Shown in pieces: positions 12,263-25,742 of a stretch of DNA of 64,000 nucleotides. The first letter of the stretch is position 1. Each line of letters opens with the position of its first letter. The DNA lies in contig JBHGNT010000016.1 in the NCBI GenBank assembly GCA_043228905.1, positions 17,608,001 through 17,672,000 on the forward strand. Reading direction: 5' to 3'. Position numbers and translations under genes: made by a program. The notes under the pieces are model-generated. The model searched no databases. It was not told the origin of the DNA and worked only from the letters and a program-made list of their open reading frames with translations. Source of the DNA: Azolla caroliniana. Lineage: Eukaryota; Plantae; Polypodiophyta.

Positions 12263-13967
12263 GCGTAGAGAACGTCGTAATCCATTGTGCCACTCACGTA
12301 TCGTAATACTCGCTTAGCGCAATCCAAGTGAATGTCTCATGGTTTTTGCATGAATTGGCTAAGGAGTCTGACTAGATAGCTAAGGTCGGGTCGAGTGATC
12401 ATGAGATAGATGAGGCTCCCAATCAATTGATGATATTGGGTCGGCTCGCACTCGTCTGTGCCGGAGTTAGCATCTAGTTTGACGTTTTGATCAAGAGGCG
12501 TAGTGACTGATTTGCACTCAGTCATCCCGAACTTGTATAACAAGTTGAGGATGTAGTGCCATTGAGAGATCAAAATGCCGGTCAGAATCCAAATTACTTT
12601 GATGCCAAGGAAGTAATGGAGCTCCTTCATGTCCGTCATCTCAAATTTTCCAGAGAGGAGGGACTTGACCTTGTTGATGTCAACTAGACTTTCATCTCTA
12701 ATGACTAGATCATCCACGTATAGGATGATGATAATTAGGCTTCTAGAGTCGTGTCGTACGTAGAGGGAGTTGTCGGATTTCGACATTCGAAAACCGATTT
12801 GATGAAGATATTGCGTAATCTTCGAATGCCAAGCACGCGGTGCTTGCTTGAGGCCGTAGAGAGGCTTCTTGAGTTGGCATACGGCTTTTGGATGAATGCG
12901 CGATTCGAAGCCGGGTGGTTGGACCATGTACACCTCCTCGTCTAATTCTCCTTGAAGAAAAGCGTTCTTGACGTCCATTTCGTGGAGGTGCCACCCTTTT
13001 GCCACTGCAAGTGCAATCGTGGTCCGCACCGTCGTCATCTTTGCCACCGAGGCAAAGGTCTCTTCATAGTCGACTCCATGTGTTTGTGTGTATCCTTTCG
13101 TTACAAGTCGAGCTTTGTAGTAGTTGACGGAGCCGTCGGCATTATACTTCACCTTGTAGATCCATCTGCAGCCAATTGACTTCTTGTGCGGTGAGTGGGG
13201 AATGAGATCCCATGTCTCGTTCTTGCGTAATGCACGCATCTCCTCGTTCATTGCTTCAATCCATCGTGGGTCCTTCGCAGCTTCGGAAAAGGTTTCCAGC
13301 TCCCGTATTGTTGCAACCTTCATCATAAAAGCGTAATGGTACGCCATATAATCGTTGCAACCGAATCTTCTTACAGGGTTACTTTCACGGGTGGATCGGC
13401 GGAGCTTCTCGTTTGCGGATCTCAAGGCCTTCGAACTCACTATTGAGGGAGTGAGTCAATTCGTTGGCGTCGAAGTGATCGTCTTCATACTTTGGCATTT
13501 TCGCCTTCCCTTTGCCCATCTTCGGACTCGGTCGAGATGTGCTTTGATTGCTCGGGGGCTCTTGTGGTCCGCTCAGTCAGGTTGTGATCGGACTTTCTTC
13601 GAACATGCGCATAAGTCGATCTTCAGCTTCTATCTCTATTTCGGCGGAATCCGGGTCGAGCGGAATCGAAGTCAAAGTTGTCTCTGGTGCGTACCAGGAT
13701 GCAGACTCATCGAAAACGACGTCTCAAATTACTCGAGATTTTCGAGTTGAGGGGTTGTAGCACTTGTACCCCTTTTGCTCCAGTGAGTATCCTACGAGGA
13801 TACATTTCTCCGACTTCGGGTCAAGCTTTTGACGCTTCTCGTCGGGGATGTGCACGTACGCAATGGAGCCGAATATCCGAACATGTGATAGGTTCGACTT
13901 CTTTCCGAAGAACTTCTCGTGCGGAGTAAGTTCGTGCACACCCGATGTCGTACACTGATTCATGAGA

Positions 13968-14299
13968 TAGACAGCCGTGTTAGCTGCTTCCGCCCAATAC
14001 GATTTCGGCATGTGCTTTTCGTTAAGCATAGCCCGTGCCACTTTGAGGATGTGCCGATTCTTGCATTCGGCCACTCCGTTTTGTTGTGGCGTATGTCGAC
14101 ACGAAAACTCTTGTCGTATTCCTTCTTTCCGTAGACAGCCGTGTTAGCTGCTTCCGCCCAATACGATTTCGGCATGTGCTTTTCGTTAAGCATAGCCCGT
14201 GCCACTTTGAGGATGTGCCGATTCTTGCATTCGGCCACTCCGTTTTGTTGTGGCGTATGTCGACACGAAAACTCTTGTCATATTCCTTCTTTCCGTAGA
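13968..14299. repeat. 164-bp tandem duplication in copia D integrase
   Basis: TAGA at 13968, 14132 and 14296 delimits two nearly identical 164-bp copies. Confidence 0.93.
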
Positions 14300-17200
14300 A
14301 ACACCGAAAATTTGTCGGAGAAGTACTCCTTGCCTCCATTCGACCGAAGACATCGTACATGTCGGCCCGTGGCTTTCTCAACTTCATTCTTAAATTTTTG
14401 GAAGTGTCTGAACACTTCGCTCTTTTGTCGCATCGGATAGATCCAAGTGTGCCTAGAGAAGTCATCGATGAAGGTCACGTAGTATCGACATCAGTCGAAT
14501 GTCGCGATTTGAGCCGGACCCCATACATCAGAATGAATTACGTCGAGTAATATGCCTTTGCTCACGTTCCGCTCCTTCATAAATGGGTGCCGATGTTGCT
14601 TGCCGAATTGGCAAGCGGCACACACGCCTTCAATCTCTTTCTCCGTGAATGTTGGGAGCCCGATGACGACTCCTTTCGATTGCATTGCCTTGAGCTTTTG
14701 GAGGTTGATATGGCCAATCCACTTGTGCCATAACTCTATGTCGGAATTGGCTTTCATGCCCTTTGCGAACATGGCTGATTTCATCTCATGTGAGTCAAGA
14801 ATGAACATTCGGCCCTCTCTTCGTCCACGTGCAATGAGTCGGCCCTCTTTTTCGATGAAGCAACCGCCTTGATTAAATCGTACTTGCATTCCTTGCTCTA
14901 CAATTTGGCTGACGGAGACCAAATTATTCGTGATAGTTGGTACATGCAAGACATTTTTAATATAAGTTTGCTTACCTTCTTCTCCGAACGGAACATTGCC
15001 GATGTGCCGAATCGGGTGTGTAGTATTGTCTCCAGTTTCAACATAGCCGGGTCGGTCCGGCTCTCGAAGTTCTCAGAACCCTTCTTGATGCGACGTCATA
15101 TGGTTCGAGGCACCGGAATCAACGAACCATACGTCTTCCGAACCGGAGGCACTAGTAGAAGTAGAGGCCAACATAGAATTTGCTCTATGTCTCATCACGA
15201 ACATTCCGTCGCGACCGTCATAGTCGCAATTGATGGCGTAGTTGGTGAGTTGTCGGCTAGTGGAAGCCGACTCGCGTATCTTATTACGACATTCTTCTTC
15301 GTGGTGGCCGATTTTTCCGCAATATCCGCATTCGACCGAGCTTTGTCAGTTCAGACCGAAATGGAAGCTCCCCCTTCTTCCAAAGGTTCCTCAATGGCTT
15401 CCGTCTTGATGCCGAAATTGCGAGTTGTTTTCGTAAATCGGGCCTTGTCCGCCTCGTCCGCCACATCCTTGGCCGAATCGGCCTCTTCTTGCACGGCCAC
15501 GTCCTCTTCCTCCGTCCAAATGCGTGTAGAGCACTTGGCCTTCCGAGGCATTGTTCCTTGTTCGAACATGATTCTCTTCGACCAACAACATGGATTGAAG
15601 GTCGAAGAAGGAGGGCGGATTCTCCCGTGCTAGTACGGCGGTCCGCATCGCGCCGAATCGTGGTGCAAGGCCGTCAAGTTGAGCGAGTCGAGCGAGTCGC
15701 AAAGCTCCTTGATCTTTCAAGGTGTAGCTTGTAATGGACATATCCCTTTGTTGGATGTTGTTCAACTCTTGGCGGAGTTGACGCTTCCTCACGGTTGTGT
15801 TGGCGGTGAAAATCTTTCATAGATTCTACCATGCTTCCTTTGGCGTCATGGCTTCTCGAATGTAGCCGAGCATGTGATCATGAACACATGTCGCCAAGCA
15901 ATACATTACTCGACTCGCCGCTTGCTCCCATGTTGAGTAGTCGGCGTCTTCCAGGTTGGGCCGATTTTCTTGTGCTCCTTTGATGTAGCCCCAATAGCCT
16001 TGGCCGACAAGGTATTGGTGCATCTTGTACTCCCAAGATGCAAAGTTGTTGCAATCCAACTTCTCGCTAGGGAGAGCGCTCCCCATTTGAGTATTCATTG
16101 CCGATTAAGCTTCCTTTCTTCTTTTCCTTCTCTCTTGAACATGAGCTATGTAGTGGTACTACGATAGTGATGAGCCGGTTCTTCTTGAACGTCGGCATAG
16201 AGCACAACACACGATCACGATGAGGCGAGTGGGCTAGATCGAGCTACCAAATCGCTCTGATACCATGTAAAGAATCGATGGTGATTCTTGTGTAGCGGAT
16301 GAGATGTGTGTTATGTGTATGTGTGAGAGGAAAGAGGAGAGGAGAGAAACACAAGATGGATAAGAGACAAAATGAAGTACTCAAGAAGAAGAAGATGTAT
16401 ATTAACAACTAGAATAGGAAATACAAAATGTAGCATTACAAGGAGTCACAACCGACTTAGTATGAAGTATGAGGAGGGTGCTTTATATAGAGTCACCCTC
16501 TCTCTTCATTAACTTTACAACAACCACTCTCTCTCTCTTGGGGAATGTGAAGACTCATAGTCATGGGGAATATGTAACTAATTAGTTATGTGTCATAGAA
16601 TATGATTCTATGACACATAGTTAATGTGTAGAGAGTAATGGTGTGACTCTTGACCTTTGAGTAATCATAGATTCTCAAAAGGTGTGTTCACACATTGAGC
16701 TATGTTGAGCTTGATTCTCAACAGGAATATCTATTCCCGTGGTTTTTCCCATTTTAGGGTTTTCCACGTAAAATAGTGTGCACTCTGTATACTTTGTCTA
16801 TCTTGCTATTTTCGTGTTCTATCTGTACATTTCAGCATATCTTCCTCACATATCTACGATCCCATCTCTACACAAGATCTTATCCGGTGAAGAGAGAAGA
16901 CACTTGGAAAACCAACACTTCACCAAGCTAAATCACTCCTAAAGTAAGCCAGCCGGCTGTACTTCGCCTTAGAGCCATTTCAAGTGAGGCCTCAAAGCTT
17001 GTAGTCGTGCTTCATCAAGTTAAATAGCAATTGGTCAGGCCATACGGCATTGTCCACCTACTCATCGTAACTACTCAAAGCATATTCGGCCCTAGGAACA
17101 ACCCTCATCCGTGCTTCATTCAACTAGAAAACATTCGGGAAGACCAATCTAATCTATCCCTCTCATTGTTGTAGTCGCCTGAAACAAGGTCGGCCTGGAA

Positions 17201-20200
17201 AATCGTCACAAATCTGTGATCGACTTCTAAAATGAATATTTGGAATCGGATTGGTAGTGAATTGTGCTCAACTCAGCTAGGCAATATTCGGGATGGTCAG
17301 TCAGCTCTATCACTCCGAGCAAGATTAATATCCAAATGCCATTTGAAATCCAATCGGCTAATATGAATCCAATTTGGCTAGGCCGATAGGTTGTAGTCAC
17401 TCCAGACAGACGCACCACTAATCGAAACTGATCGACTCGTGTTCAAATTCAGGTGAGCCAACCGGTTGCACCCTCCTACCGTTTGTAACCAACTCAAAAT
17501 AGAGCTTACCTACCGACACAGATGGCATCAACATCTAGCTCATCCGAAATGAGTCTAAGGAAGTTCGACGCATCTAACTTCAACTTCTAGAAGTCCATAA
17601 ACTACTCTAAATCGAAGAGTTCAATTCTAATGGAAGACGCTCGGAGGAGATTGTTCGTTCATGATTCAACAAAGGATGTTTTTGTAGTATAAGATTCGGT
17701 TGACCAACCGAAAAGCCGAGGAAGAAGTTCTTCCGGCCGCCGACAAATTTGCGAAGCTGAAGCAAATCCCGGGATAATCAAACCTACAACTATTACAAGA
17801 AACCCAGACATATCAAGGCCAATTTCCGCACCCCAAAGCCAAGCATGATAAAACTCAACGAGTTGATCAGAAGGGTGGCTCATCAGCCAAAGTATTAACA
17901 GATGATCCAAACATCCTGGTTTATAGAGAACTCAGTTGAATCAGAAGTTCTACTTACGACTGAGGAATCGAGCACATGGCTCTTGGATTTGGCTGCATCC
18001 TACCACATGATCCCTCATCGATCCCAATTTTGGCAATATTCAACCGAGTATTCAGACTCAGTTCGAGTCAACAATTCGCCGCATTGTGCTATAATCGGAA
18101 GGGGCACAATAGAGCTTAACCTTCCGGTTGGCTCTACACTAGTATTACACAATGTCTGACACGTACCTAATCTCTCAAGACCGCTGATCTTGGTCCGAAA
18201 ACTTGATGAAGGTGGCATTCATGTTGGCTTCTCTTCACGAGGGTGGACACTCCACAAGGGGAACCTCTTGCTTGCTCGAGATATGAAAGTACATTCATTG
18301 TACCCATTATATGTCACACTCAGAGAGGGTGACTTGTTTTTGGTTGATATTCCCGTGTCATCCTATGGCATGGACGACTCAGACACCTCGACAAGGCCGG
18401 CATAACACATTTATCTAGAGCCAGATATATCCCCAAACTCTCCTTCTCCGACCACCAATTGTATGAGTGTTGCCAGTACGACTAGCACACCGCAGCCTCA
18501 CACCCGACAATAACACCAAGAGAATCAATTCCACTCGATTTGGTCAATTCAGACGTCTATGGCCCAATGCCACATCAGTCTCTTGGCAGCACCTCCTACT
18601 TCGTTAGCTTCATCAACGATTCAACTCGTACGGTGTGGGCATACCGGCCAAAACAAAGATCAGGTGTTCTCAATCTTCCAGGAATGGCTCGCCATGGTGG
18701 AGAACTAATCCATCCAGAAGCTGAAATGCTTTTGGTCCAATAATAGAGGAGAGTACAAATTAGAAGAATTCGTCAGATTTTGCTGGCAGTGTGGCATTCA
18801 ACGTGAATACACGGTACCACATATGCCAAATTACGACAAGCTGAGGATTTTCAAATGCGAGGCATATGCCCTCATACCAAAAGATGATTGTCGAAAGTTT
18901 GAACCGAGGTCCATGAAATGCATTTTCCTTGGCTATGGACCAGAATGAGAAATCAGATACCGACTTTGGGACCTAGAGAGTAGATAGAGCATCGAAGTTT
19001 GGATGTTGTCTTCAACGAGTCAGTTATGCACAAGACGGTTGAAAGGCCTTTTAAACTTCGAAAGGTAACTTTTTCAAAAGTGTCAACCCTTCAAGACGGC
19101 CCAACCCATAACATGAGGTCAGCTTCACGGGTAGCCGAATCCTCTAGCACCAAATTGGCTCCAACTGATCTGGCACAACCGAACGTTTCGACTCTGGACC
19201 ATCCGACCTAGACACCCGATCAGGCTAGCCAAGTCATACCAAGAAGATCCAAAAGATTGTCGCAGCCTCCGGAGAGGTACTCCTAGAATCTTCTTCACAG
19301 ATGTCGTTGAATTGACGTAATATGTATCTGGCGATGGAGTCAAAGATGAACTCAATCTGGCAAAACAAAACTTGGGACTTGGTCGAATTACCGAAAAATC
19401 GATGTGCTCTTCTATGCAAGTGCGTCTACGGATTAAAAGAGGCATCTAATTTGGCCAACCCAAAATTCAAGGGTAGATTAGTAGTGAAAGGGTTTTGTTA
19501 ATAATTCGGCAATTGACTAAGGGTTAATTAGTATCTAATTATGTGAGTAGTTAATCATGTTTGTGATTAAGCAGCGGAAGATTATGTGATATGTGTGTGT
19601 ATGTGTGTGAGAAAAAAAGAGAGCGGAAGTTACACTTATGAACAATAAGATAAATGGGGGATGATTAACAAGAGTGTAGCTAGATAACCTTTATCTATAT
19701 TAATAAGCATGAAGTTACAAAAATACCCACAATGAGGTGTATATAGATCTCATGTGCAAGGGTGCACATGTGTGAGGTGAATATATACAAAGATGTAAGT
19801 TCTATATTAAATGAACATGGGAGTGGAGGATCTAGAATGTATCCCAGTCAAGTACAAAATCCTATTTAAGGCTTTACAGTCAACACACTAACTAGATTCT
19901 ATTTAGTAACTACTAAGTTACATGGTTGACTAAATGACCAAACTTAGTTGAGCTTTATATCTCAACACGCCCCCTCAAGCTCAAGTATGAGGCATTCGAC
20001 TTCCGATTTTTCTTTCGGCATTGTTTGGCTTTCGATGTCAGCTTCTATTCGGCTTTCGGCATTGTTTTGGCTTTTTTTCGGTGTCAGTTGTTACGACAAT
20101 TTCAGTTCCTCCCCCTCAAGTCTATGACAAGGGCTTGTAATTCTTCATCCATCAGTTCCATAAAGCGTTTGGGCTCTTGGTTAGTCGCGACCTTCATCAT

Positions 20201-20925
20201 GAAGGCATAATGGTGTGCCATATACTCATTGTAGCCAAACCGAGTGACCAGGTGCTTCTCTCAAGATGAGCATCAAAGTTTTTTGTTTGTCGATGTGAGT
20301 GCCTTTTTTACCATGCGTGTCCACATAACAAGTACACCAAGCTCACTATCTAGTGAGTGAACCGACATGTCTGAATCAATTTCGTAGGGGTGGTCGTCTT
20401 CATATTCAGGCATCTTACCTTTGCCTTTGTCCAATCCAGCCCTTGGTTGAGATATGTGACGGGAACTAAACGCTCCTTATGCGCAACGCTCAGCCACAAC
20501 CGAGCTTAGAATCATACAAAAAAAATGGGAAAGGTGAAGACACAACACAAAGGAGAGAAAAGTACACAGGATGTTTAACGTGGAAAACCCTGAGAGGGAA
20601 AAACCACGGGAGTCCACAGACTCCAAACTATCACTATATCACAATGATTACAACAGTGAGCTCACGGAGGCAATGACCTCGCGCTCACGACCTTCGCCAC
20701 AGGCGGCGGTTACAACAGAGGCAACGACCTCTTCCTCTCTCTCTCACTCTCTGTACACTGTTACGCACACTCTCTTCTTACACCAACAAGAATGACAACA
20801 ACAACCACAAAAGTTTGCCCTAAGTCATATTTATACTAATATGACTTTTCGGCTATTTACAAATATAGCCTCGATGGACTCTCAGAAACATATTTACGAA
20901 TATGTCTCTTCATCCGGTGAGCACT

Positions 20926-21140
20926 CCTCACCGGGTCTTCACCATTCGGCTCTCCGTAGCCGGGTACTCCTCATCCGGTTCTCACCGGGTCTGCACCATC
21001 CGGTTCTCCGTAGCCAGGTACTCCTCATCCGGTTCTCACCGGGTCTTCACCATCCGGCTCTCCGTAGCCGGGTACTCCTCATCCGGTTCTCACCGGGTCT
21101 TCACCATCCGGCTCTCCGTAGCCGGGTACTTCTCATCCAT
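20926..21140. repeat. ~4 x 54-bp tandem repeat in U3 of the copia F 3' LTR
   Basis: Unit CTCACCGGGTCTTCACCATCCGGCTCTCCGTAGCCGGGTACTCCTCATCCGGTT; no unique spacers. Confidence 0.9.
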
Positions 21141-21198
21141 CAGCACTGTTCTTCTCCCTTCCCATCCGGAGGGACCTGTCTCCCAACAAACTCCCCCT

Positions 21199-24100
21199 TC
21201 ACTCTGGCATAGGGAGTCTTACTAGTCCGATCCGCTTCTTGCATGCATCCAGCTTGTCGGGTATCAACACTTTGGTCAGCATATCTGACCCATTCTCGGT
21301 TGTGTGGATCTTGGTCAGCGCGAACTCTTGGTCATCTACTCTTTCCCGGATCCAGTGATACCTTTGCTGGATATGCTTCGTCCGGGAATGGTAGGCCGCA
21401 TTCTTAGCAAGGTGGATGGCACTTTGACTGTCGCAGTAGAGCCGGTATTCATCTTGCCGGATACCGAGCTCTTTGATGAAGTCCTTCATCCATATATTTC
21501 CTTGCTGGCTTCCACAGCCGCCATGTACTCCGCCTCTGTGGTTGACAATGCAACCGTCTTCTGCAGCCTCGACTGCCACGATACAGCTCCCCCTGCATAT
21601 GTCATTACATACCCGGATGTAGACCGGCTAGTATCCACATCAGCCGACATGTCCGAATCGGTGAAACCGTCAAGTTGAGGTTTTCCGGAGCCGAATCGGA
21701 GACACATATTTGAAGTGCCCTTCAAGTACCGGAGTATCCATTTGACCGTGTTCCAGTGCTCCTTGCCGGGATTGCTCATAAACCGGCTCACCACTCCGAC
21801 TACGTATCCTATATCCGGTCGGGTACAAACCATTGCATACATTAAGCTCCCGCCAGCAGAGGCATATGGAATCTTCATCATATCCGCCTTCTCTGCTTTC
21901 GTCTTCGGGCTTTGCTTACCGGATAACCTGCAGTTTGCCGGAAGTGTCGATCCGACCGGTTTCGCATCTGACATGTTGAACAGTTGAAGCACCTTTGTCA
22001 CGTACTTCTCCTGTCACAACCACAATTGCTTCATTGACCGGTTCCAGATGATATGCATCCCCAGCATCTGTCTTGCCGGACCCAAGTCTTTCATTGAGAA
22101 GGTCCGGTTGAGAGCCTTCTTCAGCATCCGTATTTTGGCTTGGTCCCGTCCGACGATCAACATGTCGTCCACGTACAGAAGGAGTATCAGGAAGTCGCCT
22201 CCTTCGAACTTCTTCACAAACACGCAGTGATCGGCCTACGTCTTGTGGTACCCTTGATCGGTCATGAAGGAGTTGAACTTCCGGTACCATTGCCGGGGGG
22301 CCTGCTTCAACCCATAGAGGCTCTTCTTCAACCGGCAAACCAGGTGCTCCTTCCCTTTCTCCACGAATCCTTCCGGTTGCTGCATGTAGATCTCCTCTTC
22401 GAGGTCGCCGTGAAGGAATGTCGTCTTCACGTCCAGCTGCTCTACCTCGAGGTCCATGCTTGCCGCTATACTCAGCACCGTCCGGATGGAGGTCATCTTT
22501 ACTACCGGGGCAAATATCTCGTCGAAGTCCACGCCCTTCTTCTGCTGGAACCCCTTCACCACGATCCTGGCTTTGTATCTCAGGGGGTTGTCGGCATCTC
22601 CCGGTTTCAACTTGTACACCCACTTGTTTCGGAGTGCCCGCTTTCCTTTCGGCAACTCCACCAATTCGTACGTATGGTTTTCATGCAGGGAATCCATCTC
22701 ATCCTGCATGGCACTTAACCATTTGCGGCTGTGGGTGTCATCCTTCGCTTCTTCGAAGCTTTCTGGCTCCCCCTCATCGGTTAGCAGCACATGCTCTACA
22801 TCCGGAAATCATCGGGGGGGCCTTCTCTCTCTAAGAAGATATCTCCATCTCTGGGCTTCGGTAACCGGCTCCTCCATTTGCTCTTCATCCGAATCCGATT
22901 CGGGGTCTTGGCCGGTTCCGGTTTCAGCTTCCTCTACTTCTTCTTCTGCCGGTTCGGTACCCTCACCGTAACCGGCTGGTTCCTCGAGTGCTAACCGGTC
23001 TCTTGCCAGTTGGGTCTGCTCATCGTAGAATCAATCCTTACCGGTCGACTCGGAGTTCATTATCTTCTTCTCCGACTCCCAGTCGGCGAGCGTCTTGTCC
23101 TCCATGAAGATAATATCTCGACTCCGGAATACCTTCTTGTCGGCCAGGTCCCACACTCGGTAGCCGAACTCATCGTCACCATAACCAAGGAATATGCATG
23201 GCCGGGTCTTTGTATCTAACTTTCCTCTCCAGTCCTTAGCTACATGCACGTACGCGAGACACCCGAATACCTTCTGATGTCGGTAGGACACTTCCTTACC
23301 GGTCCAGACTCTCTGTGGCGTGTCTCCGTCCAAGGGTACTGAGGGTGATCTGTTTATCACATATGTCGCCGTCGACAATGCCTTAGCCCAAAACTTCTTG
23401 GGTAGTTTTGCATGCGCTAGCATACTCCGGACCCTCTCCATTATGGTCCGGTTCATCCTCTTGGCCAACCCGTTTAGTTCCGGCGTCTTCGGCACGGTAA
23501 ATTCAAGTCGGATTCCCTTCGAGCGACAATACTCCTCGAATTGCCCCCGGTATTCACCTCCGTTATCTGCTCGAACCGCCTTCAGCTTCCTGCCGATTTC
23601 TCTTTCCACTCTCGCGTGGAGCTCTTTGAAGACGGATAGCACCTGATCCTTCGTCTTCAATGGTGTGGCCCACAGCTTCCGGCTGTGGTCATCTATGAAC
23701 GTCACGAAGTACTACGATCCTGCATGTGACTTCGTGTCCACTTGACATACATCCGTATGCACCAACTCCAGTGGCGCATTACGTCTCATCGGTGGCCTTG
23801 ATCGGAAGGAGGTCCAGTTTTGCTTACCGGCCAGACAATCAGTGCACTTCTCCAAGTGCACGTTCTTCACTAGAATGAGGTTGTCGTCTGCAAGCCTCTT
23901 CATCCCCTTCTCGCTCATGTGACACAGCCTTTTGTGCCACAGCTAACCGGCAGTGTCAGATGCCACGTTCACTTCCTCCGGACATAACCGGGCATTCATA
24001 AGGTACAGAGTGTTGACCTTCCAAGCCTGAGCCACAATCAGGCTCCCTTTGCTGAACTTCATGACACCATTCCAGATGCTACCCGTGTAGCCTTCATCAT

Positions 24101-25244
24101 CTAGCCGACCGGCTAATATCAAGTTCAGTCGAACCTCCGGAACGTGTCGAACATCCTTCAGCAACAACTTGCATCCGGTTGGTGTTGACAGCCACACGTC
24201 TCCTATGCCGACAATTCGGCATGTACCTTCATTCCCCATCCGGACACAGCCGTGATCACCGGTTGAGTAGGATGAGAAGCATTTCCGGTCCGGGGTAAGG
24301 TGGAACGACACTCCAGAGTCTACCACCCAGGTCATCTCATCGCCGGCAAGGTTTATCTCACTCTCCTCGGTGATGAGCATCAACTCTTCTTCACTTGTCG
24401 TGATTGTCGTCGTTCCCTTCCGGTCCAGCCCCCTCCGGTCTTTACCGTTCCGGTCCGGGGTCCGCTTCGAATCAGTACCGTCGGTCTCCTTATCTCTTCG
24501 GAAATGCCGACAATTCTTTTGGAAGTGTCCCGGCTTGCCGCAATAGAAGCAAGTAAGCCTCCCTCTTGACTTTGACAGTGTCACCGACTTTTCCCGGTTC
24601 TGGGGACTACGGTTTCTGTTTCTTCCGCGTTCTGATTCGGTAAGGAGAGCTTTGGAGTCGGAGCTCGTATCCTTATCTTTCCGATGCGCCTCCTCATCCA
24701 GCAAGCTCGACTTCACTCTTGCTAGGGATAACCGTTTTCCTTCCGGCCCGGCGTTGCCCAAAGTGATAACCAACGTCTCCCAGCTATCCGGGAGGGAACC
24801 GAGCAGGAGTAGTGCTAGTACCTCGTCGGCGAGAGGTACTTCCAATGACGTTGCCTGGTGTATCAGCCCCTGGAAGGCATTCATGTGCTCCGCCATGCTG
24901 GAGCCATCTTGGTACCGGAGTCTTACTAGCTTCCGGAATACCGAAACCTGATTAACAGCATTTTTGTTTTGAAACATAATGTCGATCTTCTCCCAGAGCT
25001 CATGAGCCTTGCTCTCTTCATTGAAGTTGTTGTATAGGCTCATGTCGATGAAGCACCGTATGTACGCCGTTGTCTTCATGTGCATCACCTCCCATATCGT
25101 GGCGTCGATTTTGTCCGGTCTCTTGTCCCCAAACTGAACCGGCAACCAAAGATCTTTAACCACGAGAATGTCCCTCATCTTCGACTTCCATACCGAATAG
25201 TTGGAGCCGGTGAGCTTGAACATGCCTCCCAACGAATCGCCCAT
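21199..25244 (-). pseudogene. Copia F gag-pol (gag with CCHC knuckle, PR, IN, RT, RNase H) with several nonsense codons and a frameshift
   Basis: MGDSLGGMFKLTGSNY; CFYCGKPGHFQKNC; WVVDSGVSFH; VHTDVC; VRADNGGEY; LDVKTTFLHG; LLYVDDML; SRTKHI. Confidence 0.93.
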
Positions 25245-25742
25245 TTTCTGTGTCGTTTCGCTCTGATACCACTTGACGGGAACTAAACGCTCCTTATGCG
25301 CAATGCTCAGCCACAACCGAGCTTAGAATCATACACAGAAAACGGGAAAGGTGAAGACACAACACAAAGGAGAGAAAAGTACACAGGATGTTTAACGTGG
25401 AAAACCCTGAGAGGGAAAACCACGGGAGTCCACAGACTCCAAACTATCACTATATCACAATGATTACAACAGTGAGCTCACGGAGGCAACGACCTCGCGC
25501 TCACGACCTTCGCCACAGGCGGCGGTTACAACAGAGGCAACGACCTCTTCCTCTCTCTCTCACTCTCTGTACACTGTTACGCACACTCTCTTCTTACACC
25601 AACAAGAATGACAACAACAACCACAAAAGTTTGCCCTAAGTCATATTTATACTAATATGACTTTTCGGCTATTTACAAATATAGCCTCGATGGACTCTCA
25701 GAAACATATTTACGAATATGTCTCTTCATCCGGTGAGCACTC

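Larger units (their letters stand above)
11091..16098 (-). pseudogene. Copia D gag-pol polyprotein, disrupted by stops, frameshifts and tandem duplications
   Basis: ORF pieces 15826-16098 (gag), 14491-14949, 14278-14478, 13724-14074 (IN), 12337-13440 (RT: MDVKNAFL, LYGLKQAPRAW, YVDD) and 11091-11654 (RNase H: KHIEVHYHFIRE, ADIFTK). Confidence 0.92.
10615..16723 (-). mobile_element. Full-length Ty1/copia 'D' (LTRs 10615-11072 and 16266-16723, 458 bp each)
   Basis: TSD GGAAT at 10610-10614 and 16724-16728. About 7 LTR mismatches by eye. iMet PBS 16254-16265; PPT 11073-11083. Domain order gag-PR-IN-RT(YVDD)-RH. Confidence 0.96.
10083..16872 (+). repeat. Solo LTR (~676 bp: 10083-10614 plus 16729-16872) split by copia D
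   Basis: TGTTAGG...CTCTACA with TSD CAAGA at 10078-10082 and 16873-16877. No PBS or internal domain adjacent. Contains the TAGGGTTTTCCACGT motif also seen in the Tork-like LTRs. Confidence 0.75.
9564..19495 (+). mobile_element. Old decayed copia 'C' (5' LTR 9564-9921, PBS 9924-9934, gag from 17522, PR-IN-RT start), host of nested insertions
   Basis: TGTC...CAACA followed by TGGTATCAAAG. Gag start MASTSS...KFDASNF; protease WLLDLAASYHM; integrase VNSDVYGP; RT start ...KGRLVVKGF cut at 19495 by the element E LTR. Confidence 0.75.

Noticed and set aside
20926-21140. 54-bp repeats as a CRISPR array
   Set aside because: The units are head-to-tail with no unique spacers, are duplicated in both LTRs of a copia element, lie in eukaryotic DNA and have no cas genes nearby.
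20841-21225. ORFs with repeated SPGLHHPALRSRVLLIRF (also 25657-26070)
   Set aside because: These are translations of the 54-bp LTR array, whose length is divisible by 3. There is no independent coding evidence.
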